A DNA stretch of 64,000 nt, taken from Parcubacteria group bacterium Gr01-1014_38. Its GTDB lineage: Bacteria; Patescibacteriota; Andersenbacteria; UBA10190; CAIZMI01. The translations under genes and the position numbers were made by a program. Shown here piece after piece: positions 39,845 to 51,848 of the stretch; position 1 is the stretch's first letter; every line of letters starts with the position of its first letter. The stretch spans positions 8,679-72,678 of the forward strand of contig VMFP01000002.1 in NCBI GenBank assembly GCA_007376145.1, written 5' to 3'. The notes beneath the pieces were generated by a model, which worked only from the letters and a program-made list of their open reading frames with translations, had not been told where the DNA came from and did not search any database.

Positions 39845-40861
39845 ATGACTGATCTCCTCCAGCGTATTGCGGACCTGCAGGCGGAAGCCCGCACGGCCTT
39901 GAGCCGCGTCCAGACGCTTGCCGAACTCGAGCAGTTCCGGAATGTCTACCTCGCCCGTCGGGGAAAGATCCCCACGCTATTGAGAACGGTCAAAGATCTC
40001 CCGTCCGATGAGCGGCGGCCCGTCGGTGCCGCGGCAAACACGTTGCGCCGCGGGTTAGAAGCGGAGTATCTCGCGGCCCGCGCCCGACTTCGTGCGCGCG
40101 GCGTACGCCCCTTCGACGTGACGGTTCCAGGGCGCAAACCGGTGCTGGGCCATCTCCACCCCCTGACGATTGTCCGTCGGGATATCGAAGAGGTCTTTCT
40201 CGGTATGGGGTTTGAGATTCTTGACGGCCCCGAAGTCGAAGAGCCCCGGTACAACTTCGATCTTCTCAACGTTCCCCTGGAGCACCCGGCGCGCGACCTC
40301 ATGGATACCTTCTGGCTGACCGACGGCCGCCTCCTCCGCACGCACACCTCGGCTGCCCAAGCCCGCGTCATGGCGAACCGAACGCCGCCCTTTCGCATCC
40401 TGATTCCTGGACGAGTGTTCCGACACGAAGCGACGGACGCGACGCACGAATCCACCTTCTCCCAGTTTGAGGGATTGTACGTGGACGAGGGGGTGTCGCT
40501 CGCGGATCTCAAGGGGGTCCTCGGCGAAGCGCTCCAACGCATCGTGCACCAGCGTGTGGACATTCGCTTCCGTCCGTCGTACTTCCCGTTCGTCGAGCCG
40601 GGGGTGGAGGTGGATATCTCGTGTCTGAGCCGGCGCGGCAGTCACCGTGACTGCCGCGTGTGCAAAGGAACCGGGTGGGTCGAGATTCTCGGTGCGGGGA
40701 TGATCCACCCCGTCGTCTTGCAGAACGTCGCGGTTGACTCGACGCGGTACCGAGGCTTTGCGTTCGGCGGGAGCATCGATCGGCTTGCGATGCTTCGCTA
40801 CCGCCTGACGGACATCCGTCTGTTCTGGAGCGGCGATCCGAACTTCCTTGAACAGTTCTGA
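39845..40861 (+). CDS. pheS: phenylalanine--tRNA ligase alpha subunit
   Basis: GHLHPL, HPARDLMDTF, LRTHTS, FRPSYFPFVEP, GFAFG. Confidence 0.97.
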   Translation: MTDLLQRIADLQAEARTALSRVQTLAELEQFRNVYLARRGKIPTLLRTVKDLPSDERRPVGAAANTLRRGLEAEYLAARARLRARGVRPFDVTVPGRKPVLGHLHPLTIVRRDIEEVFLGMGFEILDGPEVEEPRYNFDLLNVPLEHPARDLMDTFWLTDGRLLRTHTSAAQARVMANRTPPFRILIPGRVFRHEATDATHESTFSQFEGLYVDEGVSLADLKGVLGEALQRIVHQRVDIRFRPSYFPFVEPGVEVDISCLSRRGSHRDCRVCKGTGWVEILGAGMIHPVVLQNVAVDSTRYRGFAFGGSIDRLAMLRYRLTDIRLFWSGDPNFLEQF

Positions 40862-40862
40862 C

Positions 40863-42947
40863 ATGCGTCTCTCACTGGAGTGGTTGCGCTCGTACGTCCG
40901 TCTCCCCGAAGACGCGGCAACGGTTGCCCAATTGCTTACGGAACAGAGTTTCGAGACGGCGGTGGGTGCATCGGAAGGTTCCGGCGAGCTCCTCGAGGCC
41001 GACGTGCTCCCAAACCGGGCAGCGGACTGCCTCAGTTACCTCGGAGTCGCGCGGGAGCTGGGCGCGATTCTCCGTCGTACCGTCTCGTGGCCGGACATGA
41101 ACCTCGAAAAGTCGCTCACGCGCGCGCAGCCGCCATTTGCGCTTCGGATCCAGAACACCGCGCTCTGTCCGCGGTTCCTTGCCGTGCTCGTTGAGGGAGT
41201 GCGTGGGAATGCCCCGTCCCCGGCGTGGATGCAGCGCCGCTTACAGGCCGTCGGCGTCCGTCCGCAGAACCTCATCGTGGATGTCACGAACTACGTCCTC
41301 TGGGAGGTGGGGCAACCGACGCATGCGTTCGATGCGCGGGCGATTCGCCGAACGCTCGGCGTTCGTCCTAGTCGCTCCGGCGAGACAGTGCGAACATTGG
41401 ACGGTGTGACACACACGCTCTCGAAGGGAGTGCTCGTCTTAACCTCCGACGATCAGCCCATTGATGTCGCGGGCATCATGGGCGGGGAAGAGAGCAGCGT
41501 GCATGCAGATACGACCGTGATTGTCCTCACCGCGGGTCTCTTCGACCGAGTGGCGGTCCGCAAAGCATCGCAGGCGCTCAACCTGCGGACCGACGCTTCC
41601 GACCGCTTTGCAAAAGGGCGCACGGCGGCGCACGTCGAGGCGGGCGCCGCACGGGTCCTGGCGCTCTTACAAGAGCTGGCAGGAGCACGCGCCACCGCGA
41701 TGGCCGAGGCGTACCCGCAACCGATGAAGGCGCGGGCGATTCGGGTTACCGGCACAGAGGTCGAGGCGCTCCTGGGCTTAAAAGTCTCGAGTGCGCGCCA
41801 GCGAACCATCCTGACCGCACTCGGCTGCCGTGTGTCCGTGGTCGGGAAGACCCTTCGTGTTACCCCACCGCTCTTCCGGGCCGATCTGGCCATCCCGGAG
41901 GACATCGCGGAAGAGATCGGGCGCATCGTAGGGCTCGAGAAGATTCCGGCGCGTCTCCCCCGTGCTCCGCTGAACCCCGCTACCTTGCCAGACGACCTTC
42001 GGGCAATTCGGATTCTTGAAGATCAGCTGAAGGCTGCCGGGTGGACGGAGACGCTCTCCTACTCGTTCAGCATCGAGGAGGAGACACTCGCGCTCGGATT
42101 CGAGAAGGTGGAGCACCTGAAGATCGTGAATCCCATCAACCGTGATCAGATTCGGCTGCGGATTTCTCTGCTTCCGAATCTCCTCCACCACGCGTGGGCC
42201 GGAGCGAAGAAGACCCCGCTCCTCCGCCTTTTCGAGGTCGGGCGCGTCTACCTGCCCGGGCCGCGCACGCGCGCGCCGCGGGGCACGGAAAATTGGAAAG
42301 CGCGCGAACCGCTCCGCCTGGCTGGTCTGCTTGTTCGGCGCGGCGACGTCGCGTCTGACCGGCAGCGGGAAGATTTCTACGAAGTGAAAGGAACCGTCGA
42401 GCAACTGCTCATAACTTGTGGGTTGTCCGATGTGTGGTTTGACGATGTCGAGCCGAGTCCGGAGGGAACCTTCATCTCTCTTTGGCAGCCCGGCCGCAGT
42501 GCAGAGGTGAAGGTTGGTCAGAAGGCGGAGGTTGGATTCGTTGGCACCGTTGCTCCCGAGGTACTCGAGCGTCTCCGGATCCGGGGCAGCGTGGTCGCGT
42601 TCGATCTCGACCTCGCGGAGATTCTCACGCTCGAGAAAGCCGAGCGGGTCTACCAAGCCCCCCTCCCGTACCCGCCCGTGCTCCGCGATCTCTCACTCCT
42701 TGTGCCGGAGACGGTGCTCGTGGATATGCTCATGGAGGCCATTGACCGAGTCGGGGCACCGCTCGTCCAGGACGTGGACTTCGTGGATCTCTACGAGGGG
42801 TCCGAGCTTCCCGAAGGCCGTCGGAGCATCACGCTTCGGATCACCTACGGTTCGCCAGAGCGGACGCTCACCGACAAGGAAGTGAACGATCTCCACCGCC
42901 GCATCGTCGCAAGCCTCGAAGAAGAGTTCGGCGTGGAAGAGCGGTAG
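40863..42947 (+). CDS. pheT: phenylalanine--tRNA ligase beta subunit (short form)
   Basis: MRLSLEWL, PNRAADCLS, VDVTNYV, EDIAEEIGRI, FDX-ACB tail. Confidence 0.95.
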   Translation: MRLSLEWLRSYVRLPEDAATVAQLLTEQSFETAVGASEGSGELLEADVLPNRAADCLSYLGVARELGAILRRTVSWPDMNLEKSLTRAQPPFALRIQNTALCPRFLAVLVEGVRGNAPSPAWMQRRLQAVGVRPQNLIVDVTNYVLWEVGQPTHAFDARAIRRTLGVRPSRSGETVRTLDGVTHTLSKGVLVLTSDDQPIDVAGIMGGEESSVHADTTVIVLTAGLFDRVAVRKASQALNLRTDASDRFAKGRTAAHVEAGAARVLALLQELAGARATAMAEAYPQPMKARAIRVTGTEVEALLGLKVSSARQRTILTALGCRVSVVGKTLRVTPPLFRADLAIPEDIAEEIGRIVGLEKIPARLPRAPLNPATLPDDLRAIRILEDQLKAAGWTETLSYSFSIEEETLALGFEKVEHLKIVNPINRDQIRLRISLLPNLLHHAWAGAKKTPLLRLFEVGRVYLPGPRTRAPRGTENWKAREPLRLAGLLVRRGDVASDRQREDFYEVKGTVEQLLITCGLSDVWFDDVEPSPEGTFISLWQPGRSAEVKVGQKAEVGFVGTVAPEVLERLRIRGSVVAFDLDLAEILTLEKAERVYQAPLPYPPVLRDLSLLVPETVLVDMLMEAIDRVGAPLVQDVDFVDLYEGSELPEGRRSITLRITYGSPERTLTDKEVNDLHRRIVASLEEEFGVEER

Positions 42948-43208
42948 CTGGATTGGTTCGTCGACCAACTTCGGGAGCGGGATGTAGACGTGCTCTGTCG
43001 TGCGCTGGAACACGGTTCTCACGTCGTCCACGATGCGGAGCCACAGCGACGGAACACCGAGGGAACAGCACGAGCGGACGGATTTCGGCGCAAACAAACC
43101 GGAAGTGGGGACAGGGGCGAGGACCGCGTCACACTGGCAGCACGAGCGCGGAACAGAGGGCAAACCCGCAAGCCCCTTGGCGGAGCAGCCGCGCCGTGGC
43201 ACACTTCG

Positions 43209-43432
43209 ATGGCAATGCCGCGGACCATCACACGCTCTCCCGCGATCCCCGTCGTTCCCCGGCGATACGGTGGCCGGTGGGTCGCGTGGAGCCGAGACGG
43301 CAGGAAGATTATCGGGTCGGGAAAGACTCCCGAGGAAGCCCGCAACGCGGCGCGCCGCGCCGGCGTGAGGGACGTGGCCTACGAATGGGTGCCGCCCGCC
43401 GGCGAGCGCTTCATCGGCGGTCACGCGGCGGG

Positions 43433-43436
<4 letters not shown>
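43209..43436 (+). CDS. DUF5678-like small protein
   Basis: RYGGRWVAW...IIGSGKTPEEA motif; ATGA overlap with downstream protease. Confidence 0.7.
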
Positions 43437-46145
<2,709 letters not shown>

Positions 46146-46148
46146 ATG

Positions 46149-46187
46149 AAAAAGCTCGCATCACGCCGTGATGCGAGCAGGATTTTT
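46149..46187. terminator. bidirectional terminator between gyrB and GNAT gene
   Basis: GCTCGCATCAC-GCC-GTGATGCGAGC with upstream A-run and downstream T-run. Confidence 0.7.
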
Positions 46188-46210
46188 GAGGCTCCTTCCG
46201 GTGGTGGCGT

Positions 46211-46759
46211 TCACCGACAGTGCGGCTTCCCAAGAGGGCGGATGAGGAGGCAGACACGTGCGGGCCCGTTCACTGGACCTGGGTGGGTCGTGAGGTGCGT
46301 GAACATGGGAGACGTCAGTATCCGGAGAGCTCGGGCATGTCTCTCGTCAACCTGGATGACGAGCTGTCGGAAGCCTCGGTCACACATCTCCGCGGCGACC
46401 GCGCCCAGGAGCGCGTGCGCGACCTGATCACCGGAAGGTTTGCACGGTACCGCGACCTTGAGGATGTGCGCGTAGGAGGATTCAGGAGTCCCCACGCAGA
46501 CGGAAAAGCCCACGATTTCCGCGTCGAGTTCCGCAACGAGGATGGCCCCGGTTCGTGCCCCGGCCACGGCGAGTCGAAATGCGCAGTCATCCCAAGGCGG
46601 TTCGATGGTGAACTGGTCGATGCCAGCCGATGCCTGACGAGCGAGATAGGACTGATGGCGAGGGGCCGTTCGACGTTCGATGTCCAGGATCACCCGGAGA
46701 TCTTTGGGAGTCATGGAGTATACGTCCACCCGGCCGTTTTGACTTCCCCAGAGAGTCAT
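46211..46759 (-). CDS. GNAT-fold acetyltransferase-like protein (degenerate)
   Basis: MTPKDLRVILDIE, LVAELDAEIVGF, AHILKVAV; RimI-like layout but lacks the canonical R/QxxGxG/A motif. Confidence 0.6.
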   Translation of the reverse strand: MTLWGSQNGRVDVYSMTPKDLRVILDIERRTAPRHQSYLARQASAGIDQFTIEPPWDDCAFRLAVAGARTGAILVAELDAEIVGFSVCVGTPESSYAHILKVAVPCKPSGDQVAHALLGAVAAEMCDRGFRQLVIQVDERHARALRILTSPMFTHLTTHPGPVNGPARVCLLIRPLGKPHCR

Positions 46760-46941
46760 AGGAATACCCTCCCTTCATGCTGCAGACCACAGTGAAAAGA
46801 ACAGTGTTGGACTCCTCCGATAGTGAACTGTGGCAGGGCGCGCGTCAACCAAGTTGACAGGCCGGTCTTCCATGCTATACTCGGCTTCGTGGAGCCTCGC
46901 GGGCCCGGTATGTTCACACGGTGATGAGCCTGTCCGCGCCG

Positions 46942-47133
46942 ATGGCGTTTCGCCTTCTGTCTCTCGTGAGCTTCCTGCGGGAAGTCCGTCAGGAACTGAA
47001 AGGGGTACAGTGGCCGAGTCGCGAGGCGACGGTCCGTTTCACGGCACTCGTCATTGTCGTCTCCGCGGTCGTCGGTCTCGTCACAGGGGCGTTCGATTTC
47101 CTCTTGACGCTCGCCGTCGAGCGGCTCTTATAA
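46942..47133 (+). CDS. secE: preprotein translocase subunit SecE
   Basis: FLREVRQELKGVQWPSR plus one TM; upstream of nusG. Confidence 0.93.
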   Translation: MAFRLLSLVSFLREVRQELKGVQWPSREATVRFTALVIVVSAVVGLVTGAFDFLLTLAVERLL

Positions 47134-47172
47134 ACGGTACAGATCACTCACGAAGAATCTCCGTTTCCTGGT

Positions 47173-47718
47173 ATGCCCAAGCAGATCTCCACCACGGATA
47201 AAGCCTGGTACGTGCTCCACACGTACTCGGGCTATGAGGACAACGTTGCGCGGAACCTCCGGCAGCGGATTGAGTCTATGGGCATGGAGGACAAGATCTT
47301 CCAGGTGCTCGTGCCGCGCGAGAAGAAAATCAAGATTAAGGACGGGAAGCGCCGCGTCGTCGAAGAGCGGCTGTTCCCTGGGTACGTCCTCGTGGAAATG
47401 ATCGTCACCGACGATTCCTGGTACGTCGTGCGGAATACGCCGAACGTGACCGGCTTCATCGGCTCGGGAACCATTCCCACGCCGGTGTCCGAAGACGAAG
47501 TGAAGCGGCTCTTCGAGCGCATCGGTGAGGAAGAGCCCACGTACAAGATTGACATGAAGGCGGGGGACACGGTGAAGATCACGGACGGCCCCTTCAAGGA
47601 CTTCGATGGGCGCGTCGCCGAGGTGAATGAAGCGAAGGGAAAGGTCAAAGTCCTCGTGAACATGTTCGGTCGCGAGACGCCGATTGAGCTCGATTCCCTG
47701 CAGGCGAAGAAGGTGTAA
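47173..47718 (+). CDS. nusG: transcription termination/antitermination factor NusG
   Basis: WYVLHTYSGYE, FPGYVLVEM, VRNTPNVTGF, KOW domain, FGRETP. Confidence 0.98.
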   Translation: MPKQISTTDKAWYVLHTYSGYEDNVARNLRQRIESMGMEDKIFQVLVPREKKIKIKDGKRRVVEERLFPGYVLVEMIVTDDSWYVVRNTPNVTGFIGSGTIPTPVSEDEVKRLFERIGEEEPTYKIDMKAGDTVKITDGPFKDFDGRVAEVNEAKGKVKVLVNMFGRETPIELDSLQAKKV

Positions 47719-47975
47719 AAGACACCGCTGGCTTCTGCGCTCGTCTATGGAGCGCCGTCGCTCGCGGACCGTGCCGGGCTTGGTCACCACGCCGCTATTG
47801 ACTTTTTCTCCTAGATGTGCGAGTATTCCAGCTTCTTTCACAACAAGAATAGTCCGAATGAGGCGAGTATTGTGAGGGTTTTCTAAATCCCCAGAACACT
47901 CGTCTCATATCGAGACAATCGTTTTTCGAGAGCGTTTCTCGGATAGTCCGCATTTCCTAAAGAAAGGATGAGACG

Positions 47976-48872
47976 ATGTCCAAGACATTGATCACGTCCG
48001 GCAAGCGGAAGCAGATTGTTCGATTGTTGAAAGATGGCCTCGACAAGGTCGCGCTCGACGATAGCGGAGCGCAACGCCTCATCGAGCGTGGCGACGAACT
48101 GCAGGAAGGACTCAAGGAGCTGCTCGAGCGCCTGTCCGTCACCGATCAGGTCGCTGATGAGGAGGTCGAGTCGAGCTACGGCTGCCCCTCCGGGTACAAG
48201 TTCCACCCGACGCTGGAGGAAAACCTTGCCGATCTTGAGCGAGAGCTTAAGATGATCCGAAGGATGTTCCCGGAACTGGCGAATGCCGACATCGATCGTT
48301 CTGTTCTGGAACGGATCAAAGCGCAGGACCTCACGCTTCCGACAGGCGCTGAACGGTGGACGCTCATCCCGCGCTGGGAGAAGATCGCCTCGACATACAA
48401 CGAAGCCGTCGAGAAAGTGATCGAACTGATCGCCGCGTCGCGGAAGTTCATCAACTACCGCGCAGGCAAGCTCGGTCCCGATCACCTCCGCCAGCACACG
48501 CGGAAGGTTGATATGTTCCAGACGCTAGGAGAGCAGCAGAAAGGTCACGACATCCTCGTGGTTCCCGCGCAGTTCGGCCTCCGGCATCGTGGTCGGTCCA
48601 TCCGGCGTGCCCATGAAGTGTTCGTGGCGAACGAGTGCGGTCTGGGAGCCTTCGCTGTCGGCTGCATGCTCCTGACCCATCCGGAACGCCTCCAGCACTA
48701 CGACGATCTCTGGATCGACTGTGCGGTCGATGAGTACGCTCCGGTTGCCGTTGGCGGGTTTCCGGGGGCTCCGTCCTTCCTCTTCTGCGGTGGTTGGCTG
48801 CGGCTTGGCGCTTGCTGGTTTGACGGTGCCTACGGCAACTATGGTTCCGCGTCTGGCTTCCTCCCGCAGTAA
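47976..48872 (+). CDS. putative DGR target protein (C-terminal CLec-like variable region)
   Basis: Ends [10 protein letters not shown]...[11 protein letters not shown], resembling CPR DGR targets; 86-nt adenine-free tract in the 3' end. Confidence 0.75.
   Translation: MSKTLITSGKRKQIVRLLKDGLDKVALDDSGAQRLIERGDELQEGLKELLERLSVTDQVADEEVESSYGCPSGYKFHPTLEENLADLERELKMIRRMFPELANADIDRSVLERIKAQDLTLPTGAERWTLIPRWEKIASTYNEAVEKVIELIAASRKFINYRAGKLGPDHLRQHTRKVDMFQTLGEQQKGHDILVVPAQFGLRHRGRSIRRAHEVFVANECGLGAFAVGCMLLTHPERLQHYDDLWIDCAVDEYAPVAVGGFPGAPSFLFCGGWLRLGACWFDGAYGNYGSASGFLPQ
48737..48872 (+). other. putative DGR variable region (VR)
   Basis: No A between 48737 and 48822; codons mostly NNC/NNT as expected from mutagenised AAY; approximate bounds. 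Confidence 0.7.
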
Positions 48873-48957
48873 CGACACTTGTTCCTTGAATGCTTGGGTC
48901 TTTCGAGAGTTTGATCCTTGCGCCGTCGCTAAAGCTACGGCGCGCGCAGTCGCATTC

Positions 48958-48994
48958 GACGGGGTTTTCCACACGCTGGAGACCCCGTTTTTTT
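48958..48994 (+). terminator. intrinsic terminator after putative DGR target
   Basis: GACGGGGTTTTCC...GGAGACCCCGTT followed by a T-run. Confidence 0.75.
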
Positions 48995-49053
48995 CTTTTG
49001 CGCGCCTGGACAGGCGTGGCAGAATTTCCTACACTAACCGCTCGCACGTACGT

Positions 49054-49479
49054 ATGCCCAAAGAAGTCCTCACGCGAGTGAAGCTCCAAGTTCCCGGCGG
49101 GAAAGCGACGCCGGCGCCGCCCATTGGTCCGGCGCTTGGTCAGCACGGCGTGAACATCCAGGCGTTCTGCACGAAGTTCAACGAGGCTACGAAAGACAAG
49201 AACGAGGAAATTACCCCGGTGGTCATCACCATCTACAAGGATCGGTCGTTTACCTTTATCTTCAAAACGCCGCCCGCGGCGGAACTCCTGAAGAAGGCCG
49301 CGGGGATCGAGAAGGGTTCCGGCACGCCGAATACCGCGAAAATCGGTGCGGTCACGAAGGCCCAAGTCCGCGAGATCGCCGAGAAGAAAATAACGGACTT
49401 GAATGCTGGAGACGTTGAGGCGGCAATGCGGATCGTCGAAGGCACCGCCCGCTCCATGGGCATTACGGTGAAGGAGTAA
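49054..49479 (+). CDS. rplK: 50S ribosomal protein L11
   Basis: [30 protein letters not shown]. Confidence 0.98.
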   Translation: MPKEVLTRVKLQVPGGKATPAPPIGPALGQHGVNIQAFCTKFNEATKDKNEEITPVVITIYKDRSFTFIFKTPPAAELLKKAAGIEKGSGTPNTAKIGAVTKAQVREIAEKKITDLNAGDVEAAMRIVEGTARSMGITVKE

Positions 49480-49484
49480 GGAGT

Positions 49485-50159
49485 ATGCCGAAGCGGTACG
49501 GAGCACTCACGAAGGAAAAGCCATCCGCTCCCGTTGCGCTTCCCGAGGCGGTGAGCTTTGTCCGGAAGCACGCGAACGCGAAGTTCGATGAGACGATTGA
49601 TCTCCATGCGCACCTTGGCGTAGAGCCGGAGAAGAGCGACCAGGCGGTGCGCGGGACGGTGCTCCTGCCGCATGGGACACCTTCCAGCGTCCGGGTCGCG
49701 GTCTTTACCAACGATCGCGCACTCCAAGCGGCCGCCAAGGCGGCCGGCGCCGATATCGTGGGGGGAGAGGAATTGATTGAGCAGGTGAAGACCAACGGGA
49801 AGCTCGATGCCGACGTGGCGGTCGCGACCCCTGATGCGATGAAAGACCTCGCGACCATCGCAAAGGTTCTCGGGCCGAAAGGCTTGATGCCGAACCCGAA
49901 ATCAGGAACGATTGGTCCTGATCCGACGAAGATCGTCCGGGAGCTCAAGGGCGGGAAAACTGCCTTCAAGATGGATGACTCCGGAAACGTGCACCTCGCC
50001 GTCGGCAAAGCGTCCTGGCCGGAGGAAAAACTCCTCGCAAATGCGCGCGCCGCTCTGGATGCGCTTCGGCAGGCCAGGCCCGCCGCGGCAAAGGGAGAAT
50101 TCCTGAAGTCCGTGACGGTGACGTCCACGATGGGCGTGGGCGTGCGGGTGAAGGTCTAA
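49485..50159 (+). CDS. rplA: 50S ribosomal protein L1
   Basis: KFDETID, VRGTVLLPHG, LGPKGLMPNPK, STMG. Confidence 0.98.
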   Translation: MPKRYGALTKEKPSAPVALPEAVSFVRKHANAKFDETIDLHAHLGVEPEKSDQAVRGTVLLPHGTPSSVRVAVFTNDRALQAAAKAAGADIVGGEELIEQVKTNGKLDADVAVATPDAMKDLATIAKVLGPKGLMPNPKSGTIGPDPTKIVRELKGGKTAFKMDDSGNVHLAVGKASWPEEKLLANARAALDALRQARPAAAKGEFLKSVTVTSTMGVGVRVKV

Positions 50160-50193
50160 AAAAGCCACCCATTTCTGAGTGGCTACTTCCTCA

Positions 50194-50925
50194 CTACGAG
50201 GAAGTATTGAATGTCCGCCAATCCATGGGCTCCCAGTGGAAGTGGGTGCATTCACATGGATGACAACGACATATTTGGCATCCCTCTTGGTACTGATCCG
50301 TGAACGCGTCTTCGAGATCAATGCCCAGTACGCACGCGATCGCGATGGTCCAGGCCAGCGCATCCGCAAGTTCCAGTGCCAGCTCATCTTCGATCTGGTC
50401 GCGGCGAATCTGGAGCCGAGAGATTTTCATCGCCAGACTGGAGAGCTCGCTAATCTCCCGAAAAAGCCGGTTCAGCATGTTTTCCAGGCCACGCTTCCGG
50501 TTCATCGCGCCGTACAGATGATCGAGGTGGGCACACCACTGCCGGAGTGTCCATTGAAGCTGCTCGGGGTCGGCATGCTGTGCGAGTTGCGATTCAGAAT
50601 GCCTCTCGGAGCAGGCGCAAGGACTCTGTCCGCAGTAGCTGCAACGTCGGGGGTACTTTCTGACCGTTGCGATCACGAACGGATTCGCCGCCCCGGAAGT
50701 TTCAGGGAGATTCCAGAAGTGCTCTGCAACGCAGAAGATGCGCGATACGATCCGAGCGACGGCACACCCGAGTACATCCCGACCGAATTCTTTGCGAATC
50801 GCGTCCTGGAGGTCGCCAATCGCAAGATTCAGGTAATCAATTCGATCGCGGAGACTTGGGAGAAAAACGCGATTCCGTCGTGCGTACAGTGAAAATGAAT
50901 GTTCCATAAGCTTCTGGAGCGTCAT
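50194..50925 (-). CDS. tandem MazG-like nucleotide pyrophosphohydrolase with two Cys clusters
   Basis: REISEL...ELADALAW in domain 2; KYPRRCSYCGQSPCAC and QYQEGCQICRCHPCEC end each half. Confidence 0.75.
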   Translation of the reverse strand: MTLQKLMEHSFSLYARRNRVFLPSLRDRIDYLNLAIGDLQDAIRKEFGRDVLGCAVARIVSRIFCVAEHFWNLPETSGAANPFVIATVRKYPRRCSYCGQSPCACSERHSESQLAQHADPEQLQWTLRQWCAHLDHLYGAMNRKRGLENMLNRLFREISELSSLAMKISRLQIRRDQIEDELALELADALAWTIAIACVLGIDLEDAFTDQYQEGCQICRCHPCECTHFHWEPMDWRTFNTSS

Positions 50926-51044
50926 ACATGGACTCCTTGTTGATAGAAAGAACTCAGTGAACCGTGCCGCGCATTGTACGAGTGTGGTGCACGCGCCACA
51001 AGGGGTTGTTCCTCCCGTGTTCCCGGGGCATGCTAAGTAGGTTC

Positions 51045-51752
51045 ATGGGTATTCTCATTGTCAACGAGGGTGCAGACGGTTCGGGGAAAGAGACGCAGAC
51101 GACTCTCCTCTGTGAACGGTTGAAAAGCGAAGGGTACCGTGTGGAGCGGTTCGATTTTCCCACCTACGGACGTGACCCTGTCGCGGATCTCATCAAGTCC
51201 CTGTTGAGTACCAGGCAGGCGCACTGGAACGAGCGGACCATGGAATCTCGTGCGCTTCTCTACGCGGCAAATCGTGCGTTGTTTCGCGACGAGCTTCGGG
51301 GTTTCTTGGAAACACCAGGAACCATTGTCGTCTGCAATCGCTATGTCGCGAGCAATCAAGCGCACATGGCCGGGTATCTCACCAACTCTAACGCCTGGGA
51401 AGAGCGGTTTGCATGGATTGAGCGGCTCGAGTTTGAGCACATTGGTCTTCCGCGTCCCGACATCGTGCTGTTTCACACGATGCCGCATGCGAAGCGCGCG
51501 GCGCTCCTGGAGAAACGAGAACAGGGAAAGCAAGATGCGCACGAGCGAGACGCGGAGTACCTCCAGCGTGTGGAACAGTGCTACGCGTTGCTCGCCCGCC
51601 GCCATGCCGCGGTATGGCGCCATATTCCTGCCGACGTACACGGGCGCGTAGAAGCGCCGCCCGACGTCCACGTGCGAGTTTGGGAGACTCTTGCGGCGCA
51701 TCCCGCATGGCGGGAATTCGTCCAGCAGCGAGTGCGCGTCGGTACGCCGTGA
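51045..51752 (+). CDS. tmk: thymidylate kinase
   Basis: EGADGSGKETQ, FDFPTY, LLYAANR, NRYVASN, LPRPD. Confidence 0.9.
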   Translation: MGILIVNEGADGSGKETQTTLLCERLKSEGYRVERFDFPTYGRDPVADLIKSLLSTRQAHWNERTMESRALLYAANRALFRDELRGFLETPGTIVVCNRYVASNQAHMAGYLTNSNAWEERFAWIERLEFEHIGLPRPDIVLFHTMPHAKRAALLEKREQGKQDAHERDAEYLQRVEQCYALLARRHAAVWRHIPADVHGRVEAPPDVHVRVWETLAAHPAWREFVQQRVRVGTP

Positions 51753-51848
51753 TTTGTTAAACGACAGACATTACTCCGGCCTTCGAGGAATCGGAACGTT
51801 CTTTTTCGTATCTTCGGCTCGAGGCGATCTTCGTGTAGGCTAAAAGGC

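Noticed and set aside
43150-43190. GGGCAAACCCGCAAGCCC resembling a c-di-GMP-I riboswitch
   Set aside because: Lacks the GNRA-capped stem and second hairpin of the GEMM motif.
47720-49050. Complete DGR cassette (RT, TR, Avd) near the target
   Set aside because: No RT motifs and no second copy of the VR seen by eye in the window; only the target is claimed.
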